A stretch of DNA of 55,983 bases, the filler included, from Sphacelaria rigidula (taxonomy: Eukaryota), in NCBI GenBank assembly GCA_964200075.2. It is 6 parts of 6 records of this genome, joined end to end, with 100 filler letters (N's around TTAATTAATTAA, not from the genome) between each part and the next. Parts side by side here need not be neighbours in the genome. Positions count along the whole stretch, not along the records: positions 1 to 9,248 come from CAXNAA020008933.1; positions 9,349 to 18,595 come from CAXNAA020008934.1; 4 more parts are not named here. The stretch is one strand, 5' to 3'. The notes beneath the pieces were generated by a model, which was not told where the DNA came from, did no database searches, and worked only from the letters and a program-made list of their open reading frames with translations. Position numbers and translations under genes: made by a program. Shown in pieces: positions 1-13,224 of this stretch (the first letter of the stretch is position 1; every line of letters begins with the position of its first letter).

Positions 1-678
1 GGTCTTGTGGCTTTCAAGCATCGCTGGCGGCAGCACGGCAGGCAAACCCGATCATAGCTAGCTTTCGTCGCTGTACTGGACTGACTGGCGTCTGCATAGA
101 GGTCGCCCGGCGTATGTCGTAATCTCTGTCAAAACAAAGTAGTTTGCTTTTTTCAACTACACAACCATGATTAAAATGACTCCAGCGGTCTGAGGGAGAG
201 CGGCCGCTTTGGGTCCGTCCACACGTTCGAAGATGCTGTAAAACAGCAATAATACCAAACTTTCCTGAGATGCGAATACCGCAATAAGTACAGAACGGAA
301 CAGAAATTGACGGTTTAACGTTCTTATTAGAAAACAACGGGCATCAAACGGTTTGCACCTTGGAAAACGCGGAATTTCATAGAGGAGAACCTACTATATG
401 TTTCCCCGCGAGCGGTACATGCGATTGAAAAATCTCGGCCGGTCTCCTGGTTTACCTGGCGGGAGGACAGGGAAGACGCCGTTTCTCAGACCGCTGGAGT
501 CATTTTAATCATGGTTGTGTAGTTGAAAAAAGCAAACTGCTTTGTGCTGGCAGAGATTGCGACATACGCCGGGCGACCTCTATGCAGACGCCAGTCAGTC
601 CAGTACAGCGACGAAAGCTAGCTATGATCGGGTTTGCCTGCCGTGCTGCCGCCAGCGATGCTTGAAAGCCACAAGACC
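1..678. mobile_element. Foldback/MITE with ~194-bp near-perfect inverted arms (1-194 / 485-678); left end at window edge
   Basis: 1-194 is the reverse complement of 485-678 with few mismatches; TSD not assessable. Confidence 0.85.
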
Positions 679-1249
679 TTTGAGGTTGGCGGTTGATGGC
701 GTGGGTGTCAAATGCAACAAGTAAGTGGTTGATCACAGAGCACCCTTGTTCTTCGTGGGTTCACATTATGTCGTTTCAGGTGGTAACGCGTGACCTCGTC
801 ACATCGGAATTGTTTCTTGCAAGCAACCGTACCGAGGTGTTCACGCAGCCAGCGCGTGCTCCAGATTGCAACACGGACGCACCCCTCTGCACGCTCGCAA
901 CGGTTAGATCACCACCATAAATATCGTTTTTCACTCCGCATGTCAAGAAGATCTCCACAAGTGTTTGATGTCTCAGACACCCTCCCCCCCCAACTGGCCT
1001 GTGGCAGGCTCTTGTGGTCGGGCAGCTGGATAGTCATATATGTCATGTCGGGTAAAATCAACGATGAACAACACCCCCCGAATTCAAATTGGATATGTTA
1101 TCTTTGCCGCAACGCACCGTCCTTGCTGGCATGTGTGTGACAGAGAACAGTAGTAGCTGTGACGGAAACATTGCCCTATTTTTCAACGACATGTTTCTCA
1201 GCGCACAGAGGCGCGTCCTGTTCAAAAGGAGAGGCAGAGAGAAAAAGAC

Positions 1250-3126
1250 CTTCGTGTTGGCGACAGGCAAGAAGAGACGGAATCTCTCCGCACGTCGATC
1301 TTCTGGCACATGGAAAATTGGGCACATGCTGGTATACTAACATCGATTATGCCAGTTTCTCGAGCGATTGGTAAGCGCCGAGCGAGGACACACAAAGGAC
1401 ACGGGCGAGGAGCTTCCTCTCTGTCGTTGCTCCTCTCTCTGGTGATATCGTCATCGACACGCATGTACACCGCATTCGCTAGGTGCACCTAGCCACAGCT
1501 GCTTTATTGCCGCAGACATTCGGGGGGGAAGATGACTTCGCTCGGTCGAAAGTGTTTCGCGTCTGCTCTGCAAAAGAGAAATGCCACTTCAACCTCATTT
1601 TTTAGATGAACCCCATTTTCAGGATCCACTGTTAGTACGAGAACGGTAGACGTGGCTCGAAGACAGCAGCGAGCACGAAGCAGAACCAGCCAAGCAGCGA
1701 AAACTTCGCCGAATCTTTCTCGGCGATGACCTTCCACGCCCTGGTCCCTTGCGGAGTAATACGTACGACGAAGATATCCACAAGTGGCGGGTGTAAGGGG
1801 CGGGGGCTGGGGGAGGTGGGGGGGGGGGGCGGCACGGTACAGAGTAGTAGTACGTCGAGTATCGGGTGGTACGCACAGTACTGGCACAATCTCTAAACGC
1901 GGTACTTGCGACACCTCTACAGACAGTATAGGCAGGACCTTTATAAAGAGTAAGTGCAATCAACAGAACATGCCGTGACAGCAATGAGCAGGCAAACGCC
2001 AAGTGCTTTGTCGGTGAAGAATGCGGCGAAAATAATGCCGAATCAAACGCAGAATGATTGGGAGCAGACGAACACCACGCCACAGCAACAGCCCCTGGCT
2101 CTAGTTCTAGACACAGGTGTTGTATCACATAAACGGAACGGCTCTTGACAGACAGTAAAGCACCTGTCTCATCCGTGTTCCATCTGTGGTCGGTTGCCGG
2201 TTTCTCCTTGTCCACGTAGTCCTCACAGGCCGCATAAAGCTCCGGCATGCGATCTCCTTCGTCGGCTGCACCACCCTGTCGGCCTTGTAGATGCGGTTGC
2301 TGCGCTCACCTAGCCGCGGGTGCCTCCGAAGGAAGAAGCCGAGCCATTTTCGACCTGAGCCTACTGTAGGATCCTATGGCACCGGTCGGTTGTCGCTCCA
2401 GAGTGCCATGGCCGCCTGTTTCAGGCCATCTCTATTAAATACGGGATCTTACAAATTGGGGATAGATCTTTTATTGGGGATGAAAAACCCGGAGAATTAA
2501 AGTATTCGTATCCACACAAAATCTTCGAAATATAGTTCCATTTCTTCACCTGCTGATAGCTTCTGACAGCTGCTACACGCCGTAGAAGTTTGGATTTCGA
2601 TCACGGAAATGTTGTGGTCCTAGGTAAAACCAAACAATTTCGGAACCATTTTGGCGCCCGTTCGGACACCCGGGATTTCCCCAACTAGTTTTTTAGTTAG
2701 GACCCCAAAATTTCGGTGATCGAAATGCAGACTTCTACGGCGTGTAGCAGTTGTCAATGATGATCGGTAGGTGAATGGATGGAACTATATTTTGAATATT
2801 TGGAGTACATGCGGAGATTTTAATCCTCCAGGTTTCTCATCCCCAATAAAAGACCCATCACCAATTTGTAAGATCCCGTGTTATTAGGCCGGTTGACGAG
2901 CAGCGACAAATTTTAGCATATCTTCGATGGAATTTTCTTCCTACCTCGACAGTACAGTACCCGGACCAACCCTGCCAGCTATGCCCACGCTACCGCTGAC
3001 ACGCTTCTACGGCGAACCAACGGAGATTATAAAGGTCTTTTCAGTAGCATGGAAGGTCATGCGACCGCTGCGTACCGCTTCTACGGCCTCTGCTGCACGT
3101 CCTGGGTCCACCCTTACTCTCTGCAT
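1250..3126 (-). pseudogene. Degenerate pogo/Tigger-like (Tc1-mariner, DDE_1) transposase, split by a MITE
   Basis: Minus-strand translation from ATG 3126: psq-type HTH (AAEAVEAVRSGRMTF...GPGTVLS.*EE), CENP-B HTH end (GRKWLGFFLRRHPRL), WNTDETG motif near 2180, and ARETGIIDVSIPA..QKIDV near 1300-1360. Contains stops and frameshifts. Confidence 0.8.
2438..2882. mobile_element. Foldback MITE, AAT/AAC..GTT ends, 4-bp TSD ATTA
   Basis: ~200-bp inverted arms; ATTA at 2434-2437 and 2883-2886; pogo homology resumes on both sides; related copy at 17532-17958. Confidence 0.9.
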
Positions 3127-3319
3127 GCTTAGCAACCGATCGACCAAAAAGCTGATTTGAAGAAAGACACACACGCGCCCATTCACAGTGCTGTGGGATT
3201 TATTAATATAAAAGGCACGTGCAGTAGCTCAAAAGAAGCGCCGTGCTCTTGTGCACACGCAGGAAAAATCAGAATGGAAAACGGTTGATATTTCGCGGAC
3301 TTATGGACGATTATGAAAA

Positions 3320-3363
3320 GTTGTTCCGTAATTGGTACTGTTCCGAAATAGGGACGTTTACTC
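3320..3363 (-). repeat. Possible 5' TIR of the pogo element (TA|GAGTAAACGTCCCTATTTCGGAACAG)
   Basis: Lies upstream of the pogo ATG, abuts a TA and repeats TGTTCCG; partner TIR not found. Confidence 0.4.
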
Positions 3364-4848
3364 TAACTACTACCATACAAGTATCTTGATGATTAGAGAC
3401 GACCGCGTTGTCACGCGCTTCAACACGCAGACGCCCCGAGAGCAGCAACTCAGTTGATGTTTCCGTCATCGCGCATGCTTTTGCACCACTCTCCGAAGCC
3501 CATACAATTTTACTGTGACAGTACGCAGTCCAAGTGTTTCTGTGCGTGAAAGAAACACGAATAGATTTGAAATCAATCTATTTTGATAGCCTCAAAACGG
3601 GTATCAAATGGTGAAAGAAGGCGCTGTCTTCCTCGGCTTCCCTCAGGCGTTAAGAAAAACGGTGCCGCCGTTTCTCCAACTGTATTCGTTTGAGACCGTC
3701 AGGGCTGAACAGGCTTCTACTGAACCGAAATTAAAACAATGTCCTGTCCTATCCGTCCGGGTCTCGTAACGAAGCTCCAAATCACGCACTTTTTTTCCAG
3801 AATTGATTCGAAGCCGCGCTGCGCAAAAACAACATCCCATCGCTCTTCCAGCATCAATCGAGACGCCTTTAATAAGTTTCAGCTTCATTGGTGCTCATGG
3901 CGTTGTGTTTCGCTTCTGTCTCTAGGTGCACTCGAGTACACCTCCATTTCGACCCCTTTTGGCCAGAGCGAGTCTTGATTGAACTTCTCAAACTGGACTG
4001 TCGCAACTTTAATCGAGGTAATTTTGAAAGTTGGAGGCATCACACGCAGCAACCGGCTCTGCGAATCACTTTAAACACCCTCTGAAATGTTCTTCGTAGT
4101 CTTCGCTTTCTTCGTAGTCTTCGCTTGTGCGTGCCGACACCGTCCGTGGCTGAGGTGGAGGGGGTGTTGAAGTTCGTGATCGAGGTATCGGCCATCGGGC
4201 TCGCGAATGATGTGAACTAGTTTCGGTTTCCATGTCGACAAACGGCGAACGTGCGGGCTCCCCTCATCGAAGAGTACGAGGGCGGTGGAGACGTTCACTC
4301 TTCGCCACCAACCCTACCACGAACGAACTCAAATCGAATCGTCACGTCGTGAAGTTTTGCCCGGAGAGCGGATAGGTCAGATAACAAGGATGGACCGACC
4401 GGAAAGTTGGCGAGAGGGTGAGCCTGGCTGTAGTCAAAATTCGCGAGGTGTTCGCATCTACTATTGTCATCGCTGTCTGTGTTGGTCCCTCTCCTGTCCT
4501 TCCTGCCTCGCCTCTTCTCAGTATACAGCCAAAAGTTCGTGTAATTTGTACTGAGGGTGCCTTCCCTCTGGTGCATAGTTGACGTCGGCAACTCAATGCA
4601 AGGCGTCTGGAATCTGCTGTTGTTTCTGTGCCTTACTGTGTGTTGCTGTCTCTCGCTTCCTTTCTCTCTCCTGGCTCCCCTCTTCAAAGCCTACAGCCAA
4701 GTGTGTGTATTGTATTCTGAGTGTGCTCACCCACTGTACTGTGTGTGTGTCCAATACAAACACCGAGGAGAAGCCGGAGATGCTTCGTTGAAAACAGTGA
4801 ACGGTAGTGTATTGTACTGTCTTACTGTACTGCACTGTCTGTAGGTTC

Positions 4849-5105
4849 CTAGGGTCGGGCGAATTGATGATTCGTCTGTCAATTACTTGATTTTAGTGTG
4901 ATTGATTCGTACCGTACGAATCAATCCTTAAGCTTTGTTTTCAGCGTTGCAAGCCAGGTACGCGCAGCCCAGGCACGTGGAATGGAGAAATATTTGCGTG
5001 GAGACCTGTTTGACCAGCGGTCGACCTTTTCTCTCTTTCGAGAAATCAGGCCTAAGAAATCGTGGATTTGGCTGTTTAAACCGGCGATGATTCGTCCGAA
5101 TCGTG
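4849..5105. mobile_element. hAT-type MITE, 8-bp TSD GTAGGTTC/GGAGGTTC
   Basis: Short imperfect TIRs; inverted homologue at 10951-11183. Confidence 0.8.
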
Positions 5106-6431
5106 GGAGGTTCTTTCTAAATTATCATGACAGCCAAGTGACAGCTGTTTTGTTCTTTCCTCCGTCGACCGGAACAATAATGTAAATCCCGATATGCATA
5201 ATCGAATTCGTACTTGACTGCAATCCGGCTGGCTAAAAGTTGCACATTGTAAAAATTCGTCCCTTTCCACAACCCTCTCAGATCCAACTACACTCTGATC
5301 CTCCACTATGCTCCTCTTGTATAAATGGAATATTTATACTTCTCGAAGTATGAATTTTATCCCGGTACTCGTCAGTTGTGTAAGATCTGTGAACACGCTC
5401 ATACCCTACCAAACACAACCTAACCCTACGAAAAACTCAGCGTTGTTGTCAGGGCTGGTAACAATCAGCTCTGTTCAGTTCGGTCGAAACTGGCCGCGCC
5501 AGTTGCCAGTACTTCATTTTTTTCCAGGTAATCGCCCCTCCCGGCTGGTGGGGGGCGCCGCGCAGGAGCGCCGCCCGAGGCAGAAGAAATTACGGTGTTT
5601 GACATGTTTTCCCTGCAAAGATGCAACCACTCACATTGAGCTGCTAAGAGGCTTATACTGCTCGAAAAAGTCTTCGAACGTGGTAAGCGATTCGAAAATC
5701 ATCAATCTGTAGTATGCAGCAGCAGAGACTCTCCATCTGGACCTGAAGATAGCAACAAGTATGCCAAGGCTGACAGTACCTTGGGACAATGAGCCCAAAT
5801 TATCACCGCTCGTTGAATATAATGCTTGTGTATTTTGTGATCGCCGGTCACCGTTATTTTTTTCGGATTATGTACATATCTGTACTGCATGATGTTCAGA
5901 AGGCTCTTCATGCAATTGGCAATTGGGGTTTGGCGTTCGGCACTTCCGCATCAAGCGTTCCACCGTAATTTAGCCACACTTCTTAATTTCGTTTTCCTCA
6001 TTCAACTGACCAACCGTCGACCGACCCGTTGTCGTCGATAGATAAAAACTGCAGAACAACTAAGGTATCAAACGAAGTTTGTGGTACCTGTGCTGCTGAA
6101 GACTGCAGACTTCAATCGTATAGTCTGATCATATATAGTATTCTTCTGTTATAAACTCCCTATGACGAGACTCATATAAAAATACTCAGTAACAACAACT
6201 GGCACGATCGTCTGCAACATGGGAGTTACGTGCCGATTCGTTCATTCCGCCGCTCGTTTAGCTCGAAAAAGCCAAGCTTTTCTGTTTTTGACCATGCCCG
6301 TCGCGCGCAACTAATTATAAAACGGACTTGAAGCGATCTGAGAACATAAATGCCGTGGACGTATCTGATACGGCCTCGTAGCGACCAATTCGATTCAACC
6401 GCATGTTTTCGAGTCGAATTGTTTTTGATAA

Positions 6432-6620
6432 GGGCCTGTCTTAGCACATCACTTTTCGATAGAAAAAGTGCGGTGGAAAACAAAAATCCTGATCTGATAG
6501 GTCATGATTTCAACCATCTTCAAAATCAACGACGATGCTTAAAACTACGACCCATCATACCGGGATTTTTGCTTTCCACCGCATAATTTCGATCGAAAAC
6601 TACCGTGCTAAACCAGGGCT
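6432..6620. mobile_element. Tourist-like (PIF/Harbinger) MITE with TAA TSD, nested in the end of another Tourist-like MITE (~6226-6633)
   Basis: TIRs GGGCCTGTCTTAGCAC / GTGCTAAACCAGGGCT; TAA on both sides; the rejoined host end resembles 24320-24353. Confidence 0.8.
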
Positions 6621-9248
6621 TAAGACACGGGCCTGATTAAAACCTGATGCCACGGCATCCATTTGTTTCAATTGCTCCACAAGTCAATCATCCACCGGAA
6701 GAGGTAGGTAGCACGTACTCGTGATGTCCAAGTAAAATGTCTTGCTCTTCATGGCCCCTCAACACAATACATTGCCGTGGCACCGCTTTGTTTGTTGCCC
6801 ATAACATGCACAGTGATGCTGAGTTGGCGGCTCGCCGGGTTCACGATAACGCGGACCGACGAGCGAGGCGGATCGATGCAACAAGACGTCACAGGTATGT
6901 GCTCCGAAAGTAGGCCAGGTGTAGCATTTTTGACCCTGACAATATACTACCTAGGAGGCCACTGCGCAACCGTGCTAATCGATCCTTATCAGAGGCGCTG
7001 CGAAGAGGGTAGTTAATCGGGATCATGTATACTTTCCCCCAAGTATAACTGATACCGACTCAACAGATGACCTACTCCCGCCGTCGAAGTGTTTGTGATG
7101 GTAAATGACTGCGTGCCTGAATTAAACTAGCTCCTTGAGATTCGCAGATGGGTCCCCAGAAACGACCGGCGGGTATGGAAAGATTCTAGTCGAAGGCATG
7201 CTGTATAAGGCAGTAATTCGATTGTTTTTATTGTTGAAGCGTTGATGTTGGAAAAGGATTGTACCCGATTAGCCGCGTGTACCTGCTGCTACTACAGCCT
7301 CGATTGGCTAAAAGCACGGTGTGTCACGCTGATTTGGTAGTATGACGGGGTTGTACGCGAGGCAGGATGAGGGCGAACAGTACGCCGACCCTCGCCTACG
7401 GGGTTCACTCGAACACACCGACCGGCCTACAAGCACCTATTGGATGAAGGAGAGTGCTTTACCCATCACCTACCATCCTCGGTCTCTCCGCCTCCACGGT
7501 CGCGGGCCACAGCATTGACGTGAGTCTAAGCTGTGCTGTACCTCTACCATCATCCACAATTGTTATTTGTTTTCTGGCTTTGGGGCTGTGTGGTTTTGTT
7601 ACGGATCACGGCGTGGCGTGGTGGATAAAGATAGTACGATGATGGGCCGTCGGTTTCAAAACGACATTACGCCCGGAGGGCTGATTGCGGGAACTGGCTA
7701 GTGCCGCAATCAGGGGTCAAGGAGGCAATCCGTCAAGAGACGGAATGCATAAATATGCCTCTTTACATCTGGTTGGATCCGGTTCGTTACAAGAATCGAT
7801 CCAGCTGGCATCCTGGGATTCACGCTCTTTTGAATGCTGAGGTAAATCCCACCAAGTGGAAAAAGGGATCGAATCGACCTGAAGAGGTGATCAAGATATC
7901 GTGACGTTCGTCGTGCATCAGTTCTGCATTGGAGTTACCCACGCGCTGTGAGCTTACGCTTGTTTCAGACATAACGGTGAAACTGTAACGAGGTTGATTT
8001 AGATCACGAGCAGATGCAAGAAGATCGGCATGATAGTAAAACGAACTTTGTGCAGAAATGGAATGGTGAAATGTGTAACCCTATAGTAAAAGTAAGTCAT
8101 ATCATGCATGAGCTAGCGAGACAGCGTAACTTGCATGACCGAAATGCTATTGTTGTTCGCTCCAGTACTCGACTTGTACAGTAGAGACACGCATGTTGAC
8201 GACCACTATGGCCAACACTATTATGTTTGTATCAGTTTTCCCCTTTGACAGTTGGGCTATTGTAATGAGAGATTGAAACAACAGCTTGAGTGTAGCAAGT
8301 CGAACCGGGACCGCTTGCTGACACCTCACAAGGGTGTGGCTTGCTTGCGTTCGGCGTATGCGGCTTTACTGCTTGCGGTATTGCCGATACCGCCACATTG
8401 TGGGGCTTCAGAGGTAGCTTGTTTCATTCAAGCTGTACGGTATTTCTTTCTAGGTCGGCCGCTGTTTACACACAGCCAAACACTAGCTCACGGTTTCCTC
8501 TCAAAACCTTGTTTTTTCGGCCCTTGTTTTCACTTGATTTTTGTGTACCCGATTTAGCGGTCTAATACACCAAGGTAATTAGACAGCTTCTTAGACAGCT
8601 GTTCTCTCTTTTACTCGGAGTTTGACAGACATCCCGACTCGAGTTAGCTGCAGGTCTTCGATGTGTCATACAGTACCCACGTTGGTTTCAGGCAATGGCG
8701 AGCGAACCACAAGGCGCTCCAGGTACGAGCGCACACGCAAGCCCTCTTTGACAACCAACCAACCACCCCCCAAACACCCCGCGACCGCCCCTGCTCGCAG
8801 TCCGTCGATCCGGTATCAACCGAATCGACCGACATGTGTCCCAACACACGACGATTCATGCTTGCACGTAAGGAGTACGCGGGCTATTCCAATCGCCGCC
8901 CGCTGCGCAGACGATTTTTCTTCCAAACACGGAACGTTGATCCACCATGCGCACCAAATTATGTCGATGCGACATGATGGACTCGGACTGAAGATGTTGC
9001 TTGTACACGAGCATGATTGAACACGGCGAGGCGCGAGGCTCATGTTACTTGTACACAAGCTCTCGACTCTGTACTCTTTTCACTTTCACACGGCACCAGG
9101 GCACACTAAAGTTTCAGATGTCGCCCCACCAACACGCACTACAGTACATACTTGATCGTCCAGAAGGCCGCGTACCTTTCGCGTTGAAATATTGTTCCGA
9201 ATTGAAGTACTGACCACAGTACAGTACCGTCTGAGTTCCAAATGGTCT

Positions 9249-9348
9249 NNNNNNNNNNNNNNNNNNNNNNNNNNNNNNNNNNNNNNNNNNNNTTAATTAA
9301 TTAANNNNNNNNNNNNNNNNNNNNNNNNNNNNNNNNNNNNNNNNNNNN
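9249..9348. other. Artificial contig spacer (N44-TTAATTAATTAA-N44)
   Basis: 100 nt, stop-in-all-frames linker, recurring every 9347 bp. Confidence 0.98.
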
Positions 9349-10950
9349 ATAGTTTCCTGGGTCAGCCTTGTCTCCTTTTTTTGGGGGGGGGAGGGGGGGG
9401 CTATCGTAGACAGTATCCCCTCCCGGAGGGCAATTTATCGGAAACTGTCATGATTTTTTCCTTGACATTGTTGAAAGATATTGAAATGCACAAACACTGA
9501 CAAAAAAACCCCAGGAGTCTGGCGGGCTTTGCGAGGCTCGTATATTTGCTTTCTGCTCCTTACTGCCCGCCCTGTCCCGATGACCTCGAATGCCGGCAAC
9601 GCTGACACACATCAATGTACGATACACAAGCGCACGGTAGCGACAGTCTGTGGCCAAAGTGGCAACATAATCTCACGCTTCGCCAGATTTGCCCGGACTA
9701 GTGGTAGATAGTCTAGGCGGCACACGATACGGAACATGATCCCATGAATGTAATCATGGTAGGTGATGAGCTTGGAGGAGCGGTGTGTCCGTCATCTCGG
9801 CGGTCTCCATGCCAAGGATCTCTGTACACGGTAGCTGATCGCATCCGCCAATGCCTCGGCAATAAACTAGGAGGAAGCAAGCTGGAAATTCCCCCCCGCC
9901 CTCTCAAAGACTCGAATTTTCTATCTTGGGGCCTGCGTGTCCCGAAATATGTCTTTGACCGACCCTTGGACCCACCCAATTCGAGGTTACTGCGACATAC
10001 CGTAACTGGCACACGACTATTATAGTAGCATTTGGATTACCGCTGGCCGCTCAGACGCTGCGCATTATTGCGACGCTACGATGCAGGTAGAGAGAAACTT
10101 CCATATCAAGAGTAAAGTATATACACCGCATCACGGTAGTGCAGAAGTACAGTACAGTAACCACAGCACAAAGACAGTCGATCGCTGCAGCACAGGCAGA
10201 GGGATAGCCACCTGGGGAGTAGGGATACAGCAAGTAAGTGGGCAACAGCAAAGTACTTGGCGGAGGGTGTTGACATGGTCACAACATATGGGCATTTAGG
10301 GTTACGGTATCAATCATGAAAAAACGTTCAGCGTGATATGACGGGCCGTTTCAGCATGATATCGGTGATCAATCTCATGCGAGAGAGCAACAACTTAGGA
10401 CCAATCAACCTGCAAGCAAGTGAGGAAAAGTTTCCTGTACAATCGATAGCCGCGTATACCTATCGAATGAAACCGGAAGGAAAAATAGTCATTCCAGTGT
10501 GTCAGATACGCATTTGATATAGCATTGATTGAGGATTATACACGCCTTTGACTGGCGTTACGAACTACTCGTGTTTGTTGTTGGCGTGGGCACCTTCTTG
10601 GGCTCTGTGTGGTCTTCTTTCTCACTTGGAGATATCTAAACCTTGAAATTTTCCCACCGGCGGGGGGTGGAGGGGTATCTGACATTCCAGTCTACGGGAT
10701 ACCTCGGGAAGGATCAACAAAAGTAGGCCACAGCGAAAACATCGTGTGCCCGGTGTCATATATTGGAGGGTCGGGTGCGGCGTATGTATTCCGTGTAACC
10801 CATACGTATCACAGGTGTCTTCGCCAAGAATTTCGCACACAACTATATGATTCGGATCTTTGCGATACACAGAATGGAGATTCGGCCCCAAAACATGTAC
10901 GAAACAGTGCAAAGGGGGGGGTGCAGTTGGGCAGCTGATGATGAAGATTC

Positions 10951-11183
10951 CACGGTTAGGACGAGTCCTCACGACTACGAATCACCGAATCCACGATTTC
11001 TTCGGTCTGATTGCCCAACTGGGAGAAAAACGTTGACCGCTGGTCCAAGGGGTATCCGCGCAACGNNNNNNNNNNCCTGGGTTGCAACGCTGAAAACAAA
11101 TCCTAGGGATTGATTCGTACGATTCGAATCAATTATACTAAAATCGAGTGATTCCAGACGAATCATCATTTGTCCGACCCTTG
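10951..11183. mobile_element. hAT-type MITE, CA..TG ends, perfect 8-bp TSD GAAGATTC
   Basis: GAAGATTC at 10943-10950 and 11184-11191; homologous to 4849-5105; contains a 10-N gap. Confidence 0.85.
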
Positions 11184-12194
11184 GAAGATTCCCGATGATG
11201 CTCCCGGACAAGTGCTGGTGATGGAGAACGAGCATCATGCGTGACCACTCTACCATACCGCTTCATCTACCAGGGTCGAACCAAAATCGAAGTCCCCGAG
11301 CAACCGATGGTAGTCGACACCCACTGTGCCATGTGTAAGATCACCGACTAATGTTTTTTCATCTGCCAGAGTCAAGTAAACGACGATGTCCCCGACCGAG
11401 TGCTGGTGTTGAATAACGATGGTAACGTGTAAACTCTGTGCCTCGCATATTTTCACCTTCCAGGGTCTGAGTATAGATGATGTCCCCGAGCCATTGTTAA
11501 CGACGAGTATCATATATGTAAGATCCCTTGCTATGAATATTTCATCTACCAGGGTGAAAAAATGATGCTCCCGGACAAGCGCTGGTGATGGAGAACGAGT
11601 ATCATGCGTAACCACCAGACCATGCCAGTTCATCTGCCAGGGTCGAACAAAAACGACCTCCTGAGTAATTGATGGTGATGGAAAACCAGTATCATGTACA
11701 AATGACTGGGTCACATTCGCTCATTTGCCGGGGTCGAAGTAGACACGGCGTTCCCAAACAAGTGTCGATGATTTACGACGATTACCACATGAAAAATAAC
11801 TAGGTAATATATTTTCATCTCTCACGGTCGAATAATGGACGAAGTCCCCGAAGGATAGCCGGTTCTCGATTATCATTTGAACATGTTCATTTCATCTGCC
11901 AGGCGCTCACTGAAAATGGTGGTTATACAGAAATGCTGATGGTGGATCAAGATCGAAATATGTCAAACGCAGGGAAATGGGCATGTTCATAGACGCGTTG
12001 AAGGGTCACGACATATCCGAAAATACTTCCAAAACGAGTACAACAAACCGAGAACGACAACCACTACGTCCCCCCAATCACGGCCACCACGTGACCACCC
12101 ACACTACTTCTCATCCACAGCAAGCACACACCGATAGCAATAGAGGGCACTCCCTCCCAGCGGCCATCTCCCCCCGCCACTGCAACGCGCCCTA

Positions 12195-12896
12195 TCAAGT
12201 CTTTCCCTGCTCAAGTACCGCACGCAAGGAGACTACATCAACCCGCCCAAAGCGATCGAACACTCGCATCAAGGGAAAGTCGCAAAAGCACCGTCCGCGG
12301 ATCCAGATGCCAAATGCGCAGGCCGTAGCAGCCCCTCCTTTTCTGTGGTGCATACTATTTCGTCCGACCCTAGTAATGGTTTCCCTATTGATAGCCCCGT
12401 TGCGTACCTCGTGAATGGCTCGCAGAGAGTAAGTCGAGACCTCTAGTGTCATGTTGGATAGCGTACGGACGTGCAAAGTCAGGAGGTCATTGTCTTGCTC
12501 GTGGGGGTTGAGTTTGACGCCGCTAATATCGAGACATTGAAACAAACCAGCGTACTTTTGCCTGCAGTCGGCGTCATGGTTCTCCTCGTGTGGACCATCT
12601 GGCACGGCATACATCCCGCTCGAGCAGCCCGTGTGGGGGTAGGGGCGACGCCGGCCGTTGCAGGTGTGCGTGTGGCCATCGTTGGCCGTGTCGTGGGCGT
12701 TTATTTCGTAGCCTACGACCTTGAAGTCCTGCCCGGCGCTGTCATGCGGAAGAACGTTCGGGGCCAACGCTATTTGTAGAGACTTGACCGAGGCAACATT
12801 TCGGCTGAAGCCGATACAAATGCGTATGGCAAGCTCTGGAACATGGCGAGGGACGAGCACGGACGAGTACATGACGGTCGAACCCGCAGACAACAC
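12195..12896 (-). CDS. Unrecognised 233-aa ORF inside the composite repeat; may be a coding remnant
   Basis: Open in copy 1; the same frame is recognisable in copy 2 (QIALAPNVLPHDSAGQDFKV), with locally mostly synonymous differences; no domain recognised. Confidence 0.35.
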   Translation of the reverse strand: MLSAGSTVMYSSVLVPRHVPELAIRICIGFSRNVASVKSLQIALAPNVLPHDSAGQDFKVVGYEINAHDTANDGHTHTCNGRRRPYPHTGCSSGMYAVPDGPHEENHDADCRQKYAGLFQCLDISGVKLNPHEQDNDLLTLHVRTLSNMTLEVSTYSLRAIHEVRNGAINRETITRVGRNSMHHRKGGAATACAFGIWIRGRCFCDFPLMRVFDRFGRVDVVSLRAVLEQGKT

Positions 12897-13224
12897 TGAC
12901 CGTTAGCGCGCTTCGCGCTTTTCGATGCATGATTGCGAAGCAATATAGTATACGTACTAACTCGTGTGGGCTACACCGAAAAACTGGGGTCCATTGGCTC
13001 GCACATTGGGAAATTTCAGCGTGCGTGTGTGGCAGCGCGCATGGGGAATCTGTGACTGCGGAGTTTTATGCTACGAGCACGCGCGACGGACTGACTCTCT
13101 GGCTCTCATCCGTTCTTCCGGGCCAGTAGGGAGCAGGCGTTCCATAACGAACCGGACCTTGGCCTCCGCGACGCATAATAAATTAAAAAGCTCACGGTTG
13201 AGAATCTTGACGAACAGAAACTGA

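Noticed and set aside
9293..9304. TTAATTAATTAA as a biological palindrome or piggyBac site
   Set aside because: Identical linker centred in every 100-nt N spacer; assembly artefact.
4849..11183. One 6.3-kb transposon bounded by inverted ends
   Set aside because: The ends lie on different contigs and each has its own 8-bp TSD.
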